Assembly: GCA_002633005.1 (NCBI GenBank)
Contig: NMRA01000087.1
Coordinates: forward strand, 501,393-565,392
Reading direction: 5' to 3'
Length of the DNA stretch: 64,000 nt
From: Phoronis australis
Taxonomy: Eukaryota > Animalia > Phoronida
Shown here in pieces: positions 37,701 to 48,537 of the stretch. Under the pieces are notes generated by a model. It had not been told where the DNA came from. It saw nothing but the letters and a program-made list of their open reading frames with translations, and did no database searches. Position 1 is the first letter of the stretch. The number at the start of each line of letters is the position of its first letter. The position numbers were made by a program, and so were the translations under genes.

Positions 37701-40700
37701 TGCAGGTAGCGCTCTTTCGGATCCATGGCCGGTATCCCAGAATCCCATGTGTTTATATGACGTCTGACGCTGATGGTAAAACGTCAATTAAAAAGATAAC
37801 ACTCACTTCCAGCAACACTCTTAACATTGTCCAGTGGTTGGTTAGCAAAGTTTTTCGCCGCAGATCCCACATTTTTCAGAGCTGAAGCGGCGGCAACCTG
37901 GAAGAACAGTCGTATCAGCGCGCTGATAAACCAAGTTTTCAAGGTGTCAAATCAACTTTCTTCACACTCAAGCTGGTTTGTTCTCCCAAACCAACGTCAC
38001 CATGTTTGTCTTCGTTGTTTGGGTTACGATGAAATGCCTGCAATTCTTGTGACTATCTTTCTGCTCATGCGGCTAGTATTAAAACACCGCAAAAAGCAGC
38101 CGTAATGAAAATGATCTAAGGCAGTAAAGAACGATCAAAAAGGATCAAGATGAGATCAATTTCACTGACGGCAAATGACATCAATCGAAAGTTGTTTTGC
38201 AATTAAAGTCGGGTTGATTACACCTTTAACAAAGCTTTCAAAGTAGTTCTCATACTCACGAAGCACTCGCCTTTCACTTGCGTGATTTTGCGAGGTCTTT
38301 CAAGATCTTGTTTTTTTTCGTACAAGAAATTTAGGCTGCGAAGGCACTCTAGGCGACACATTTACCTTACTATCCGATGACACCTCGTCCTTGACATCCG
38401 TGACAAACTTCAAGGCGTTTGTGGTAGCTTGCAGCTGGTCAAAGTTGTCGAGCTTATTTGATACCTGATTCAACGCACCAAGCATCTTTGCACGCATCTA
38501 TAAGAAAGTTATTTTGGAATCTTACGTTTACAATGTAAGTTTTATACAATATGCATAGCAAAGGTAAATATAAACACTTCTTCAAGGAATATAAGTGTTA
38601 TATTATGGAAATGTACGAAGTTCAAGGCTTTGATAACTAGATACTGAACTACTGAAGAGTTTGAGAATATTGTTATCATATATTATTATATATTATAGAA
38701 TAGTATTTCATGCAATAGTTTGAGTGTTCTATTATCGAATGTTATGAAATAATATTTCATGCAAAGGTTAACACTGATAATGACAATATTAATTAATAAT
38801 TGATATGTGGTTTTGTTAAAAGCTGACACTTAGCGATCGTTTACCTATTCAACATGTCAATCTTAAGAAAGCCCTAAATGTGATGGTTTCCTGGTGGTTC
38901 CAAATACATAGGAATACATGTGAAGCAGAATGTTACACATCTATAGTTCTTAGGCGGATACTCTACCTCTATCATCTACCTCTATCATTAGCCAGCTTCA
39001 TGTAATTGTGAATTTCAACAATGAAAAAATAAGTTTCACACTGGAATAAAATTTACCTTTGATCTTGTAGCCTTGGCGTCAGTCTCGTTTGTCTGCAATA
39101 AAAATGCAAAGAGCACATATACTAGTAAGAGTACTTTTTTAACGGGTTACAATAACGTGCATGAAAGGACCTGTTGCCTGTTTTCAAAGCAGGTGTGAAT
39201 CTGCCTTTTAAAAATGAATTTATTGTTTGAACGCTGATCTCCATATTCGCGTGAACGGCACGAAAATCCTACGCGAACGCGATCGTATCTTTAAAGCTCC
39301 CTAACTATAGAACTTATTCACGCAGTCGCCATTTTAAAAGTGAGCCTCTTTTTAGATTTAAAAACAATGCATCTGAGACATAAATATTAACGAGGTACGC
39401 GAAAAAATAACGCTGTGCTGTGTGATTAAGCGCGGAATGCATTGCTTTTAAAAACTAAAAAGATGCACACTTTTAAAATTGCGACTACGTGAATAAGATG
39501 TATTGTTTTACTCTATTTGCCGTTTTGATGGCAGTGTCAGCTCGGGTGCTTCTTACCCGGATGAGAAGCAGTTTCTGTGTTTGGGAAGTGCAGGTAGTTA
39601 GTTAGTGCTTGAGACCAGACTCAAGAAGCTGGCTTGACACCACGGGTCACCATTATGTACCGAGCATAGTGTCACGAAGTAAAGACTTGTCAGTTTCCTT
39701 AAGCAAGAAGTTACTTCTCATCTGAATGAGGAACTATCCGAGATCTGTTTTAATAGTACCGGTTTTAGGTTGAAAAGTTACTGACGGAAGAAAGTTTTAC
39801 AAAGTCTTTAAAATACTCGCGTCTTCTCGTAGAATTCTAAGTCCTCAACTATCTATAAAAGAGTAGCAAAAGGCATGAAAATAAAACGAAATTAAAGAAT
39901 CTATTTGATTGGTGATTAGACAGTGTGATGTCATTTGTGAAATTTATTTTTTCGATGGTCGGCACCTGTACAGCAAATTACTCCAATCCAAAGAGTGTCT
40001 AGAAAATTTGTTTTTTATGTACTACGTAGATAGAAGACATGTCTATAAAGAAAAACAAACGAAGGTTCATTTTAGTGGACGTTTCGATATATATCCTCAG
40101 ATTTAACACAGCGCATTCAGCATAATATTTATCAAAAGTCGTAGGATCGTTTTTGTACCTCCACAGTGAACAAAACTGTGCTTTGTAGAGGAGTGGAAAC
40201 AATTTTGCTCCTACCAACGAAATTTTGGGCGAGAAATCGTGTAGATAGCCGAGGCCGCTTTAAATCATGACAATTGAGTTCAAGGCTTCAATAATATTAA
40301 AGGGTTGATACAGAAACTCTTATTTTTATATTTATTTTTTGTAGTATATAGTATGGGAATGTCAAAATTTCAACAAATTAGTTATTCTAATGCTAAAATA
40401 TCATGTGGCAACAGTCGACCTTTCGTTGTCATCTTGTGTACAGTACGTTTTATAATTTTTCAGCTTAAAAAGTAAAACATATATTTGATGAATTCCCATC
40501 GTGGGAGACGAAGGTAGAGGGCTGCAGTAAAATTTGCCATTTTGAACAATCATATCATCTACTCACCCCTGCCACTTTGTCTAGCTGCCCTGCTGCCATG
40601 GTGATCGCGGACAGAACAGCCGTAGTGTCACCACTTTCCAGTAAACTGTCTAAGTTGGTAATCGCTTCTTCCGCAGTAAAGTTGGTTAGGCGAATTGATA

Positions 40701-43700
40701 GAGTGACGTCAGCCCTGGCAACACGTACGTCCTTACGTACGTAAAATAGAAATACATACGAGTTGCTTCCGTTGAGATGACCGGCAGAAAATTTCAACGT
40801 TTTGTGATTAGGAAAGTGTACCAGTGATGGAGCAGCAAAACATTCGCTGAACTCATATAAAGCAAGGTTAGTCGAATTGCCTATTGGCCTACTGTTGTCC
40901 TTAATGTTTTTCAAAGAAAGCTTGTTGATCGCTGCTTTTTCACTTGCTGAGGCACAAACCACATCAATGAAGAAGTCTGGGTCATTCACCAACGTCACGT
41001 CGGGATCACGTGAATCCCCCATGTCAAAGGTCACCATATCGTACTGCATGACAGTTCTGATGGACTCGCCTCGTATCTTAACCAGCAGAGAAGACGGAAC
41101 AATTTCCAAAAACATTTTCAGGGAGGATACTCTAAACGGGTTTTCATTGGGGGAAGCGTACACTGAAAGTTTGTATAAGCCATAGCTAAGAGTTCTTGGT
41201 GGAAGTGTGAATAGTGGAGTTTGGCTCTGCATTAAACAAACATCTAAAGTGGGTCGTTCTACGAAATCGCCTTCTTGTTGGAGAAAGCGTGTTGCGGTCC
41301 ACGAGTAGGACAAAGTTGAAGAGATGTTTGCGCAAGTCGTAACAGACTGGACTGGAACGACAAGGGGGGATGATCGCATGTGTTGTATCGGTACCACCAG
41401 GCTACTGAAAGACATGTTGCTCGGCAAATTTATTACTGGGACTTCACACGACGTTTCTTGGGAATAGGCAACTAGTACGTTCGGACACAATCGTGTAGAT
41501 ATCGAACCGAATTGGTTGTGAACTGTCAACTTCACTTCATACTCTCCAGCGATTTTGTAGCTATGTTTTAGGCGCAGTCTGGTTTTCCTCTGCCCAATCG
41601 TAACATTTGTGGTTGTTTGAGGAGCATCAGGCTCGGCAGTGGGTTTTGAAACAACAAATGAAGGCGTAGTGTTTGAAAGGTTCGTCAGATGCTTTAAACT
41701 CGTTTGAACATTTGTTGTAGTTGTTCTATTGGAAACCACTTTTCTAAACGCCGGAGTAACGTTTTCTGAATTTGTTCCTTCAGTAATTGTTGTCGTTTGG
41801 TTGCCTCGTTGTCGTCCATAAAATACGTCTGCGGGTGTAACTTCAGCAGATCTTTTTTGGCGATTCTCCCCTGTGGACGGCCGAGGTGTATCGTGACCAA
41901 CAGTTGTTGAGATTCTGTACGTTTGATTGTCAGTGGTGGTAATCGTCGAAATTTCCGCATCATCGTTTGTGAAGTTTTCGGTGATAAACATACGCGCGGT
42001 AGCTATCTCATGAACGAATGTCGCTGTTGCTTGTGGTGAGGAAGTAAACATTTCTACTGCTAAACTACTAGAAGGCTCCTCAGACGGCTTCAAAGAGACA
42101 AGTGTTGCATAATATTCCATTTCATCGCCAACTTCTGAGACTTTCATTTCCGTTCCGTCACCAAAATCAAATTCGTATATCACGGGTGACCCTGCAAATT
42201 TTAACTATTATTTTTTAAAATATTACGAGTGCGCGTTTATAAATGCTACGGGGAAATATCTACACGTAAACAGGTTAGTACTTTTAACCGGGCTTAAATT
42301 TGGCAAAGCATAACACCGACTACATTTGTCCTTAGTAGTATCATTAAAAGTATCAACGACGGACTGACAGCCAAAGAGACAGAGAGATAGAAACAGGATG
42401 AGAGGCAGAATGAAATATAGAGATGGATAGAGGGGTGGTTGAACAGATGCAGTGGGTGAGGGTAGAAGGAGTCTTACCCTTTGGGCACACGACTTCAAAC
42501 GTGACGTTTTCATTCGCTTTGACCCTCGGTGTGGTCGTCCATAAGTCCACGGATGAGATGTTCTGGCCAACTTGTACCACAGTAGAGGCATGCACGCTGC
42601 TTACGTTATTCCATACTTTAACTGTCACAGTGTATATTCCATAGTCAGAAAAGATATGAAAGTGAGTTAGAATCAAATCTTTCTGTTGTGTCTTTTTAGC
42701 TTCAACCACTGTACCATTTCCGAAATCAAATAAAGCAAATATTTCAATTTCACTGACGTTACCCGAAGATTCCATTTCTTGAATCCTGAATACAACAGTG
42801 TCATTCGGATTTGATACATTATTTGCTGACATCATCATTTTCCCCAAACTTCTCTCTACAGACACGTCGCATTCGCTCGAAACGTAACTCAGTTCGTTCG
42901 ATACTTCAATGGATACTCTGTAGAACCCTAAAGCGTTGTAAGTATGACTTCTTAAAATCACTACGGGACTAGGGAAGTCACTGAAGTACAAGTGCTCTTG
43001 AGATCCATCACCATAGTCGACGAAGACGTTTAATGAACTTCCTGAAGCTATTGTGAAGTTGAAATCTAATGACTCGTTAGCAAAGGCATACTTCAAACTC
43101 TGTGAGATGGATACTTCAGTAATTTTTTCCTGGATGCTTAAAACTTCGTGGTATACAAGCTCTGTATCCTTGAAGATCTCCAAGTATCTCTCACCGGTAA
43201 AATTGAACAGTCGTCCGTCAATGGTGATCGACGTGTTGCCAATCGACAGGGTAAGCGGTAATCGTGTTTGGTCCAGAGAAACTTCAAACTTGCTTTTCGT
43301 TTCGCGCAAGCCGTGAAGTGGTATGTTGACGTTTTTCCCCATTTCATGCATTCTGTATGAAGGAACATCATTCATGACATGTACCTCTCTTTGCGCTGTT
43401 TTTGTACCGTACCTATTGGTACAGTTTGCAAATAGGACGTAGATGCCAGGAATAGGAAAAGGAAGTTGGAAAGTTCTAGTCGTAGCACCTGCTCTGAGAC
43501 CCATCCATTCGTAAACGATTTGTTCTCCGACTCTCAAAATGCAGGCCACCTCATGTTTGTCAAAAATGAGTAGTCTTCCGCGTAACACTTTCGAAAACAA
43601 ATCAAAAGTAATGTGAACAAATTCTGGAGCATAGCCTTTATCACTGTTAACTACATTCACAATTGTTACAGCCGAGGCGGATGTAGTTCTTGTAATGGCC

Positions 43701-46700
43701 GTTACATTTACCTCGTACATACCTTCTGCAGTCCACGCATGACTCAACTCATTCTGAACTGTTATCTGATTATGACCGTCCCCGAAATCAATCACAAAGT
43801 AAGCGTGTTCTTCTGTTTTGGTGCTGATTTTCACTACGGCTGTTTCATTGATGTCTATTGCATCGCGTAAATGCAGTGTTTCAAACGAAATCTCAAGATG
43901 GATGCTCTCGGGTCCTGGTTTCGGTGTCACGTGACTAACTCTGTACACAAACCATTCGTCCGCTTGACAGGTGTCGGTTGCTTTGTACAGTAGTTTGTTC
44001 TTTGGAAAGCAATTGCATGATTTTCCTTTGTATACTGCCAAATATTTTTCTTTGACATAACATCGTTTGCGACAGTCGTTGGTTCCTTCAACTTGATCAG
44101 TTTCGCCCCACCTGACCCCATGGTCATAGCCTGACACACATCCAAGAAGAAGTTCTTGAGATTCTACATGAAAAACAAAAAATACTGTTTATTCCGCACA
44201 GGAGACCAGGCACGTGTGGTCCATTGGACTGCCAGGGAGATGTTTTTAACAATTCAGACCAATGAGCAGCACATAGACTAGCTATCTCTACCAATAGGTT
44301 CGGTGATATTATGGCTATGGATACAAATACCCGTGATATCAACTCGCGCTCCAGAGAGGCGTGCGAATACTTATTGATTCATTTAATCACCTTTCGGCAA
44401 CAACCGCTTAACGGCACAGGTGGTGATGCTGTAGCTAAACGGTGTTGGACAATTTGCGTCAATTCATATAAAATCATAAAATTTTGTCTGGTTTCTATTC
44501 TAAACAATTCAAAATCAATCTAAAATGGTAAAACACAATGATTCAACAAGTCCATGACAAACTTATGGAAAAAGACAAATTATACCTACTGCTCTATAAA
44601 TGCTGGATAGTAACATCTTAAAATCGGTGATACACATATGTATGTGTTTCCAAAATAAAAAGACAGGGATACTATTGAATCAATATGAGCTTGTGAAGCT
44701 ACAAATCATGCTACGCGTCACCTTTGAGCTAGCCAGTCTTTAAATACCACTAGTTTGGTACTACAATTTAGGAATGTACATAAACCTGTTTAAATGGTAC
44801 CAAAATCCAGCTTACTTTCATTACCCGGTGTGTTTAACGTGTTAGGAAAAACTATTTCAACGTGTCAAGTGCTCCTTACTAGGGGAAAGCCATATAACTG
44901 ATTAATCAAGAAATGAAGTTGATTTTGGATAGTCAGTGGCGGATTTAAGGGGCCAAGGGGGCCATTGCCCCTAAAATTCTCCCATATTCCGTTTGGCAGT
45001 TCGGGGATGCGAATGTATGATGGACAAAATCCTTGCTAATACCCTACCCCCTACTCAAAATCCTGGATCTGCCGCTGATAGTGGTAAGGCATGAAATGCT
45101 TACCTGACAATCCTTCGATTATATCTTCGTTAAGAGCAGTGTTCCAAAAATTCAGATTCTTTATTCCGAAATTCAGATTGACGTTATTTTTCCACACGCC
45201 AGAGTTTGGAACGCCGACAGTTAGATGTGTCAATGGGTCTATCTTGTGCGAAACGTATTGTCGTCCAACTCCTGTTCTCGAAGTCTTTGCGAGAATGTTA
45301 TCCACGTAAACTTGAAGCTGATCTCTATTCCATACAAATGTTATGAATGCCCATTCGCCTGGAGACAAAAGCACGTTGTCTACAGTCCACTTGGTAGAGC
45401 CTCTAGAAACGCCAACTTCAAAATCCATGCCATAATTGTGACGCAGGTAAAAGCCTTCAGATGACGACGACTGGCCTCCGGAGGACAATACGTAGCGTAT
45501 GTTGTCCCAATCTGGTGACAGGGAAGGTTTTAGTAAAAAGCTGACTGTGAAGCCATCGGTGCATGTGCCAGTGGCTGTTATGCAGTTGTGGGGAAAAGAT
45601 CCTAAGTCGACGAAGGGGTTTCCAACGTCACCTTCGAAAGACCAAGTCTTGTTCAGCCCATTTGCGATTGTCGCTCCTGCAATTTGAGGGGGGGATAAAT
45701 GAAAAACACGTCAAAGCACAAATCGTGTGTCATTTATCGGATGTCCCACAAAAACATCCTACTTTTTGATTGGCAATTCTCCTGTGGTTAACTGACAAAA
45801 ATTGATGGCAAGTGGTAGAAAGTAACAACAATCTATTTCCAGAGAGCAAAAATCAGAAGAACAGGATAAACAATTTGCCTCCCTAAATATCTCACGAGCT
45901 TTCTCATTAACAGTGTAACTTTCTCAATCTCACGAACGAATTTCTTTTCACTCGAACTGCAGTCGTTTCACCTAACAATTACATTTTTGCAAATTCAGTA
46001 TTGTTCTTTCTTGACACTGTGTAGTACGTGTCTGTACGCTATAATTAGGAACGTATGCGGTTTATGGGAAAAGAATTGTACTGTTAAGAGTAGAACTGCG
46101 GCACACAAAAAGAACTTTAGCAGAACTTCTGAAACCCTTGCAGTTCGTCAGGGAGGAGTATTGTATATTCTGAGGTAAAGTTGACCATAGCAAGTGAAAA
46201 ACTGCTACTCGCTTGTATCAATGAGTCCGTCCATTTGTTTCAGTTTCCTTGTCATTTGGGATCAGAAGAAAAATATCCTTCGTGAAATTGTTATTTAAAA
46301 AAAATGTTTTAATGGTGAAAATAGTCAGAAAATAAAGCGCAAAGTGCTGGAATTTAAGCACTACTTCGGCTGAAGTGAAAGTTATTTTACGCAACACAGG
46401 AGTCATTAAAGAGGTATTATCGGCGAGAGAAGTGATTTCCTGAGATAATCCTGAATCTCAATCAATAAATGATGGACTGTAGTATTTCAAAGTGGAATAA
46501 GCTTTTCCACCAACATAAAAACCAACGTTTGATTTATAACACTTATCGTTCTGAAATAGTATTCATTTTATCTCCTAGTCGAATTGGAGGTGATTTCAGA
46601 GTTCCGAAAGATGACTGTTCGCTATTGCTTGAAATCAGTTGCTTGTCACGCCGTGTCATTTTATGCATTGAGCGTGGTCTCAAGTAATAACAGTTCTTTA

Positions 46701-47597
46701 CAAACACAAAAATCTCTTCTCATCTGTGTAAGAAGTAAGTAAAGGCCAATTTTTTGCGGTAAGTAATCTAAATCGAAAGTTTGCTTATTGGACAGAACGC
46801 GGGTTTATAGCCGCTTTAAAAAATAATCAACTGATTTTAGTGAATGTCTGGGAGTCAAGGGTTAGAATTGACGATTTGCAATGAAATTGCAAAAACAAAA
46901 TGTATTTTGTTGTTTTATACCTCTGGTATAGCTAAAAATTCCAAAAAGTTTGTCCCATCTAACAACAATTAGACGTTTTTCCTCCGTAAACCCCAGAATG
47001 TCCCTTAAGAGAGATTAAACCAGATAATAAGGTTGAAATTATTACGTCGAGAGAAGAACAAAAATAAAACAAAGCAAAATTTTCCAGTTGTAGCCATACA
47101 ACAAGAGCTTATTAGCAGAAGTTATAAGTAATCTGAACATCCCAATTTCCATGCATTGCTGGACTGTTCTTGTTGAAATAATCATGGATGAGTTCAATAA
47201 TGGATTCCCAAATAACTTTTTCCTGAGAATTCAATATAGAATTTCAAGTTTATCTCTGAAGTTTTGGTTGTGCGCCACAAAATGGCTGAATAACGCTGAA
47301 CTTATCATTGGGTTGAACATTACCCAGCGTGTTTTTAGTGATGTCAACTCATTTTGAGCTCTTATTAGATGGATACAATGGAACGAGTAAATTAATATTT
47401 TGAGAGTCACGAATAAAATTGATAATCTATTCTTCGGTGCTTTACAGCTTAATAAATTGCGCAAAACTGTAACAATTCAAATCGCCACCTATGACTGCTG
47501 CAAGGGCATTTCTATAACAAAAACTTCAAAGAAATATCGCCTTACCTGCAAGTAAGCAAACGATAGTGAAAACGGGCACCTGCGTGCCGCAGCCCAT
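13126..47597 (-). CDS. PKD1-like: Polycystin-1 family (PKD1L2-like) receptor/channel subunit, 27 coding exons, ~2,855 aa (whole-gene span; exons listed separately)
   Basis: Exons joined by GT-AG sites with matching phases (sum 8568 nt). Recognisable motifs: PKD FGDG repeats, REJ, GAIN/GPS C-x-FW..W..GC..C-x-C-THL|TAF, PLAT (IWHDNS, W-x-L-x-x-I-x-V), TM region (LWFSVVSRPTRSNFTRVQRISCC), TOP (RIRQLRV, W-VD..TRAVFVEF), channel domain (LGDFDF). Exact ortholog cannot be assigned from sequence alone; exon 25 carries an in-frame stop beside an N. Confidence 0.93.
14769..15027 (-). CDS. PKD1-like exon 26 (TM7-TM8)
   Basis: VFRLFSYVG...EVKLIIKQRFKYFNKFWNFVE... Confidence 0.93.
15610..16440. mobile_element. 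hAT-like non-autonomous element (CAGTGGCGGATC...TCCGCCTATG ends)
   Basis: Degenerate TIR-like ends with G/C-run subterminal motifs; no TSD found. Confidence 0.4.
15832..15890 (-). mobile_element. tRNA-derived SINE head
   Basis: A-box TGGTGCAGTGG and B-box GTTCGAGTC with tRNA-like spacing but no acceptor stem. Confidence 0.45.
17276..17487 (-). CDS. PKD1-like exon 25 (TOP domain), disrupted at 17417-17473
   Basis: Starts GKLHT, ends QDWVDLNTRAVFVEFALFSANTNLF...EVK|gtac; the expected YxGGGY segment is replaced by AT-rich sequence with TAG (17450-17452) and an N at 17418. Confidence 0.75.
17606..17803 (-). CDS. PKD1-like exon 24 (TOP domain)
   Basis: SCKI...CRSEYSWTNDDTKSYFPGW...SPWVYQSS..L...PY.G. 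Confidence 0.9.
18421..18470 (+). repeat. (TCGG)n microsatellite
   Basis: Direct reading. Confidence 0.95.
18554..18728 (-). CDS. PKD1-like exon 23 (TOP domain)
   Basis: FWSWI...LY...WYNG...RVGVARIRQLRVKN. Confidence 0.93.
19140..19390 (-). CDS. PKD1-like exon 22 (TM6)
   Basis: KPPDPELLAAAREERLKEIEMEAILKSIIVYILFLLVLFFIA. Confidence 0.92.
19732..19879 (-). CDS. PKD1-like exon 21
   Basis: gtag|VFAIAAFISCILKKPELEEED...|gtaag; phases 0->1. Confidence 0.85.
20242..20381 (-). CDS. PKD1-like exon 20 (TM4-TM5)
   Basis: AFFTILYSMEWGKEKAEEWLTTFILSFFQSVVVVQPIK. Confidence 0.93.
20540..21204 (-). CDS. PKD1-like exon 19 (TM2-TM3, cytoplasmic loop)
   Basis: FFLVNRWLAVEEDDG..HLWFSVVSRPTRSNFTRVQRISCC...PVNLILVTIFRK...LPWW. 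Confidence 0.95.
21417..21577 (-). CDS. PKD1-like exon 18 (PLAT C-half)
   Basis: FKRGSIMNFLLSVEASLGSVTMLRIWHDNS...SWYLDQIEVTDLQTG. Confidence 0.93.
21974..22144 (-). CDS. PKD1-like exon 17 (PLAT N-half)
   Basis: LEDNLPTDGYHYQLSVYTSMKKNAGTESNVSFIICG..DTGVRKL. Confidence 0.92.
22463..22693 (-). CDS. PKD1-like exon 16 (GPS cleavage site HL|T at 22640-22648, TM1)
   Basis: VGPLTSVSKTQCLCTHLTAFGGDFVVPPNTIDF...VWARWADKKD. Confidence 0.95.
23082..23200 (-). CDS. PKD1-like exon 15 (GPS first half)
   Basis: YNLRMFTSGCKFWNESTETWSSDGCT. Confidence 0.9.
23996..24182 (-). CDS. PKD1-like exon 14
   Basis: VFVKYHSFPNETYYDY...NGTYYIGIK (polycystin GAIN-B motif); cag|..G|gtgagt. Confidence 0.85.
24584..24732 (-). 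CDS. PKD1-like exon 13
   Basis: tag|GNPHKMPKGGNYT...WNYHSIVLAQNDSSLHVILRPENDDVYE|gtaaga. Confidence 0.8.
25642..28918 (+). CDS. Nested gene: secreted PAN/apple + Ser/Thr linker + jacalin-like (ZG16-like beta-prism) protein, 313 aa; exons 25642-25984, 27505-27802, 28618-28918
   Basis: Signal peptide MVFFFGALSLCLSISSVYA; PAN pattern C-x3-C-x5-C-x-(T)FSY-x6-C..W-x-YY; splice phases 1 and 2 match; jacalin-like FDD..I..I..INGIRLNY..G-WYG..EIKL..DEYI..V..L..ATN..FGPYG..YFAG; AATAAA at 29082. Confidence 0.82.
26013..26400. mobile_element. PIF/Harbinger-like MITE remnant in nested-gene intron 1 (also at ~7765-8110)
   Basis: aggtcccgtctacacg terminus and gttttc/gaaaacg internal motifs; shared by both paralogs so predates the duplication. 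Confidence 0.45.
31866..32013 (-). CDS. PKD1-like exon 12 (GAIN-B)
   Basis: FFSQKTNPYTWDTSGKAVDSGVLTLEYTDPDGNPIPMNNMSEPVELWIQ matches polycystin NP(F/Y)..S..V..L..G..I.V..L..PI.I.I motif. Confidence 0.85.
34140..34231 (-). CDS. PKD1-like exon 11 (GAIN, GSFQMP motif)
   Basis: ttcag|EKQQMNSDAGSFQMPNSALSSSTGNKSVSTK|gtaggt; phase 1->0. Confidence 0.75.
34627..35010. mobile_element. MITE with ~130-bp imperfect terminal inverted repeats
   Basis: atagtcagtttctta...ggagctcttgaaaata (34627-34760) is the reverse complement of tattttcaagagctcc...taagaagctgactat (34882-35010). Confidence 0.8.
35219..35363 (-). CDS. PKD1-like exon 10
   Basis: tacag|DRLVTNNAMGAASSVSDVL...LELSSPSLTVKLQK..|gttagt. Confidence 0.75.
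35737..35863 (-). CDS. PKD1-like exon 9
   Basis: gtag|YEYFTDAELDDMITYWHPCDREVALKARKKLRAKELKKQREN|gtaaga; phase 2->0. Confidence 0.7.
36854..37034 (-). CDS. PKD1-like exon 8 (contains RRRRR|S furin-type site)
   Basis: tag|..MINAISNLL...ARRRRRSVEQ...NPE|gtaaga; phase 1->2 matches exon 9. Confidence 0.75.
37807..37897 (-). CDS. PKD1-like exon 7
   Basis: ccag|VAAASALKNVGSAAKNFANQPLDNVKSVAG|gtgagt; phase 0->1. Confidence 0.75.
38366..38497 (-). CDS. PKD1-like exon 6 (GAIN-A helical region)
   Basis: MRAKMLGALNQVS...QLQATTNALKFVTDVKDEVSSDSK; tag|..AAG|gtaaat. Confidence 0.8.
39057..39092 (-). CDS. PKD1-like exon 5 (36-nt microexon TNETDAKATRSK)
   Basis: tgcag| ... AAG|gtaaat, phase 0-0, fits between exons 4 and 6. 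Confidence 0.65.
39307..39503. mobile_element. Short palindromic MITE
   Basis: cttattcacgcagtcgccattttaaaagtg vs cacttttaaaattgcgactacgtgaataag. Confidence 0.75.
40567..42191 (-). CDS. PKD1-like exon 4: PKD domain interrupted by Thr/Ser-rich insert, then REJ N-terminal part
   Basis: ORF 40555-42183; YEFDFGDG...HSYKIAGEYEVKLTVHN; REJ-like SYSW..FTLPPRTLSYGLY..S-RDPD; splice sites cag|GG and GGG|gtgagt. Confidence 0.9.
42478..44163 (-). CDS. PKD1-like exon 3: WSC-like domain + several PKD (Ig-like) repeats
   Basis: LLGCV..C..RC..YLAVY.G..CNC (WSC-like); IDFGDG, VDYGDG, FDFGNG each followed by H-x-Y/F..G-x-Y-x-V..N; 562 codons open. Confidence 0.9.
44934..45077. mobile_element. Short MITE (CAGTGGCGGAT...GATCTGCCGCTG) flanked by atagt repeat
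   Basis: TIR pair and 5-bp flanking direct repeat visible. Confidence 0.6.
45104..45676 (-). CDS. PKD1-like exon 2: LamG/concanavalin-A-like domain
   Basis: Open 191 codons: VDLGSFPHNCI..C-DGFTVSF..YVLSSGGQ..GFYL..WAFITFVW..LQVYVD..LTVG..LNFWNTAL; cag|..G|gtaag. Confidence 0.85.
47546..47597 (-). CDS. PKD1-like exon 1 (putative signal peptide MGCGTQVPVFTIVCLLA)
   Basis: ATG, hydrophobic stretch, G|GTAAG donor, phase 1 matches exon 2; an additional small exon between exons 1 and 2 cannot be excluded. Confidence 0.6.
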
Positions 47598-48537
47598 CTT
47601 CCAAGTCGTATTCTGCGGCTCAAGTCGCCAGACTTGGCAAGTTGTTCGGCTCCTTTTCTCATGAATTTTTAATCATGTGATAATTACATTGTAGTCATAT
47701 CATTATTTAATTAAAAATGTTACGAAATAATTAGATGTGTGATTACAGCACGCAATATGTTAATCTCCGTCGATGTACGAGATTCCACTAATGGTGTTTT
47801 GAAGGAGTCACGCAATGTCAAATTAAACGTAGCTTGAATGCAAAACCGATGACAGACTACATAAACGAATCTCAACAATACACCTAAGCACTCGCGTATG
47901 TAAATACCAATGACTCAACAAAATCGTGATTTTTAGCGTTGAAAGATCCAAACTTAGCTGACATAACCAGGAATGTTCAGCAGTAGGTCTAATGATCGAC
48001 TGAACTACGAAAAAAGCGACTGTGGGGTTGGGTTGTTCATTAAATAAGATAGCATGGCCATGCCACCTGACTGTGCCCTCATCTATAAGACTGTGGTAGG
48101 GATTGCTTCAAAGCAATCAAATCGGTCCACAATCGAAGCATCACAGAAAAGGAACTTATTTTGCTCTCTGAACGAGTTGTGATGTGTTCCAATTGTGAAT
48201 GGAGAGTTGCTAGCTTTCGCATGACGTCCATCAGAAGCCTGATAGAACGTTTTATCCTCCACCTGAACAATCGCGGAAGACACCAAATCTGATTTCTTAT
48301 CGCCGTTTCCAAATCAGCCAGCAGATCTGCGCTTTCTTTCCGAGAGAGGTCTACAGAAATATAATTTGTGGTTAAGCTCAGGTCATCCATGAGACTCACA
48401 CGTGAATAACGAGAAAATTAATTTAGCATTTTCATCAATTTCTGTTACTGCTCGTAAGAACGTTCGCCTTTAGCATCTGATTAGGCGTCGTATCCGCCTT
48501 CGAAAACATTTAATAACTAAAATAATTTATTTCTTAA

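Noticed and set aside
46921-47004. Candidate extra PKD1-like exon (DILGFTEEKRLIVVRWDKLFGIFSYTR)
   Set aside because: Open frame has the wrong entry phase for exon 1; exon 1 splices in frame directly to exon 2.
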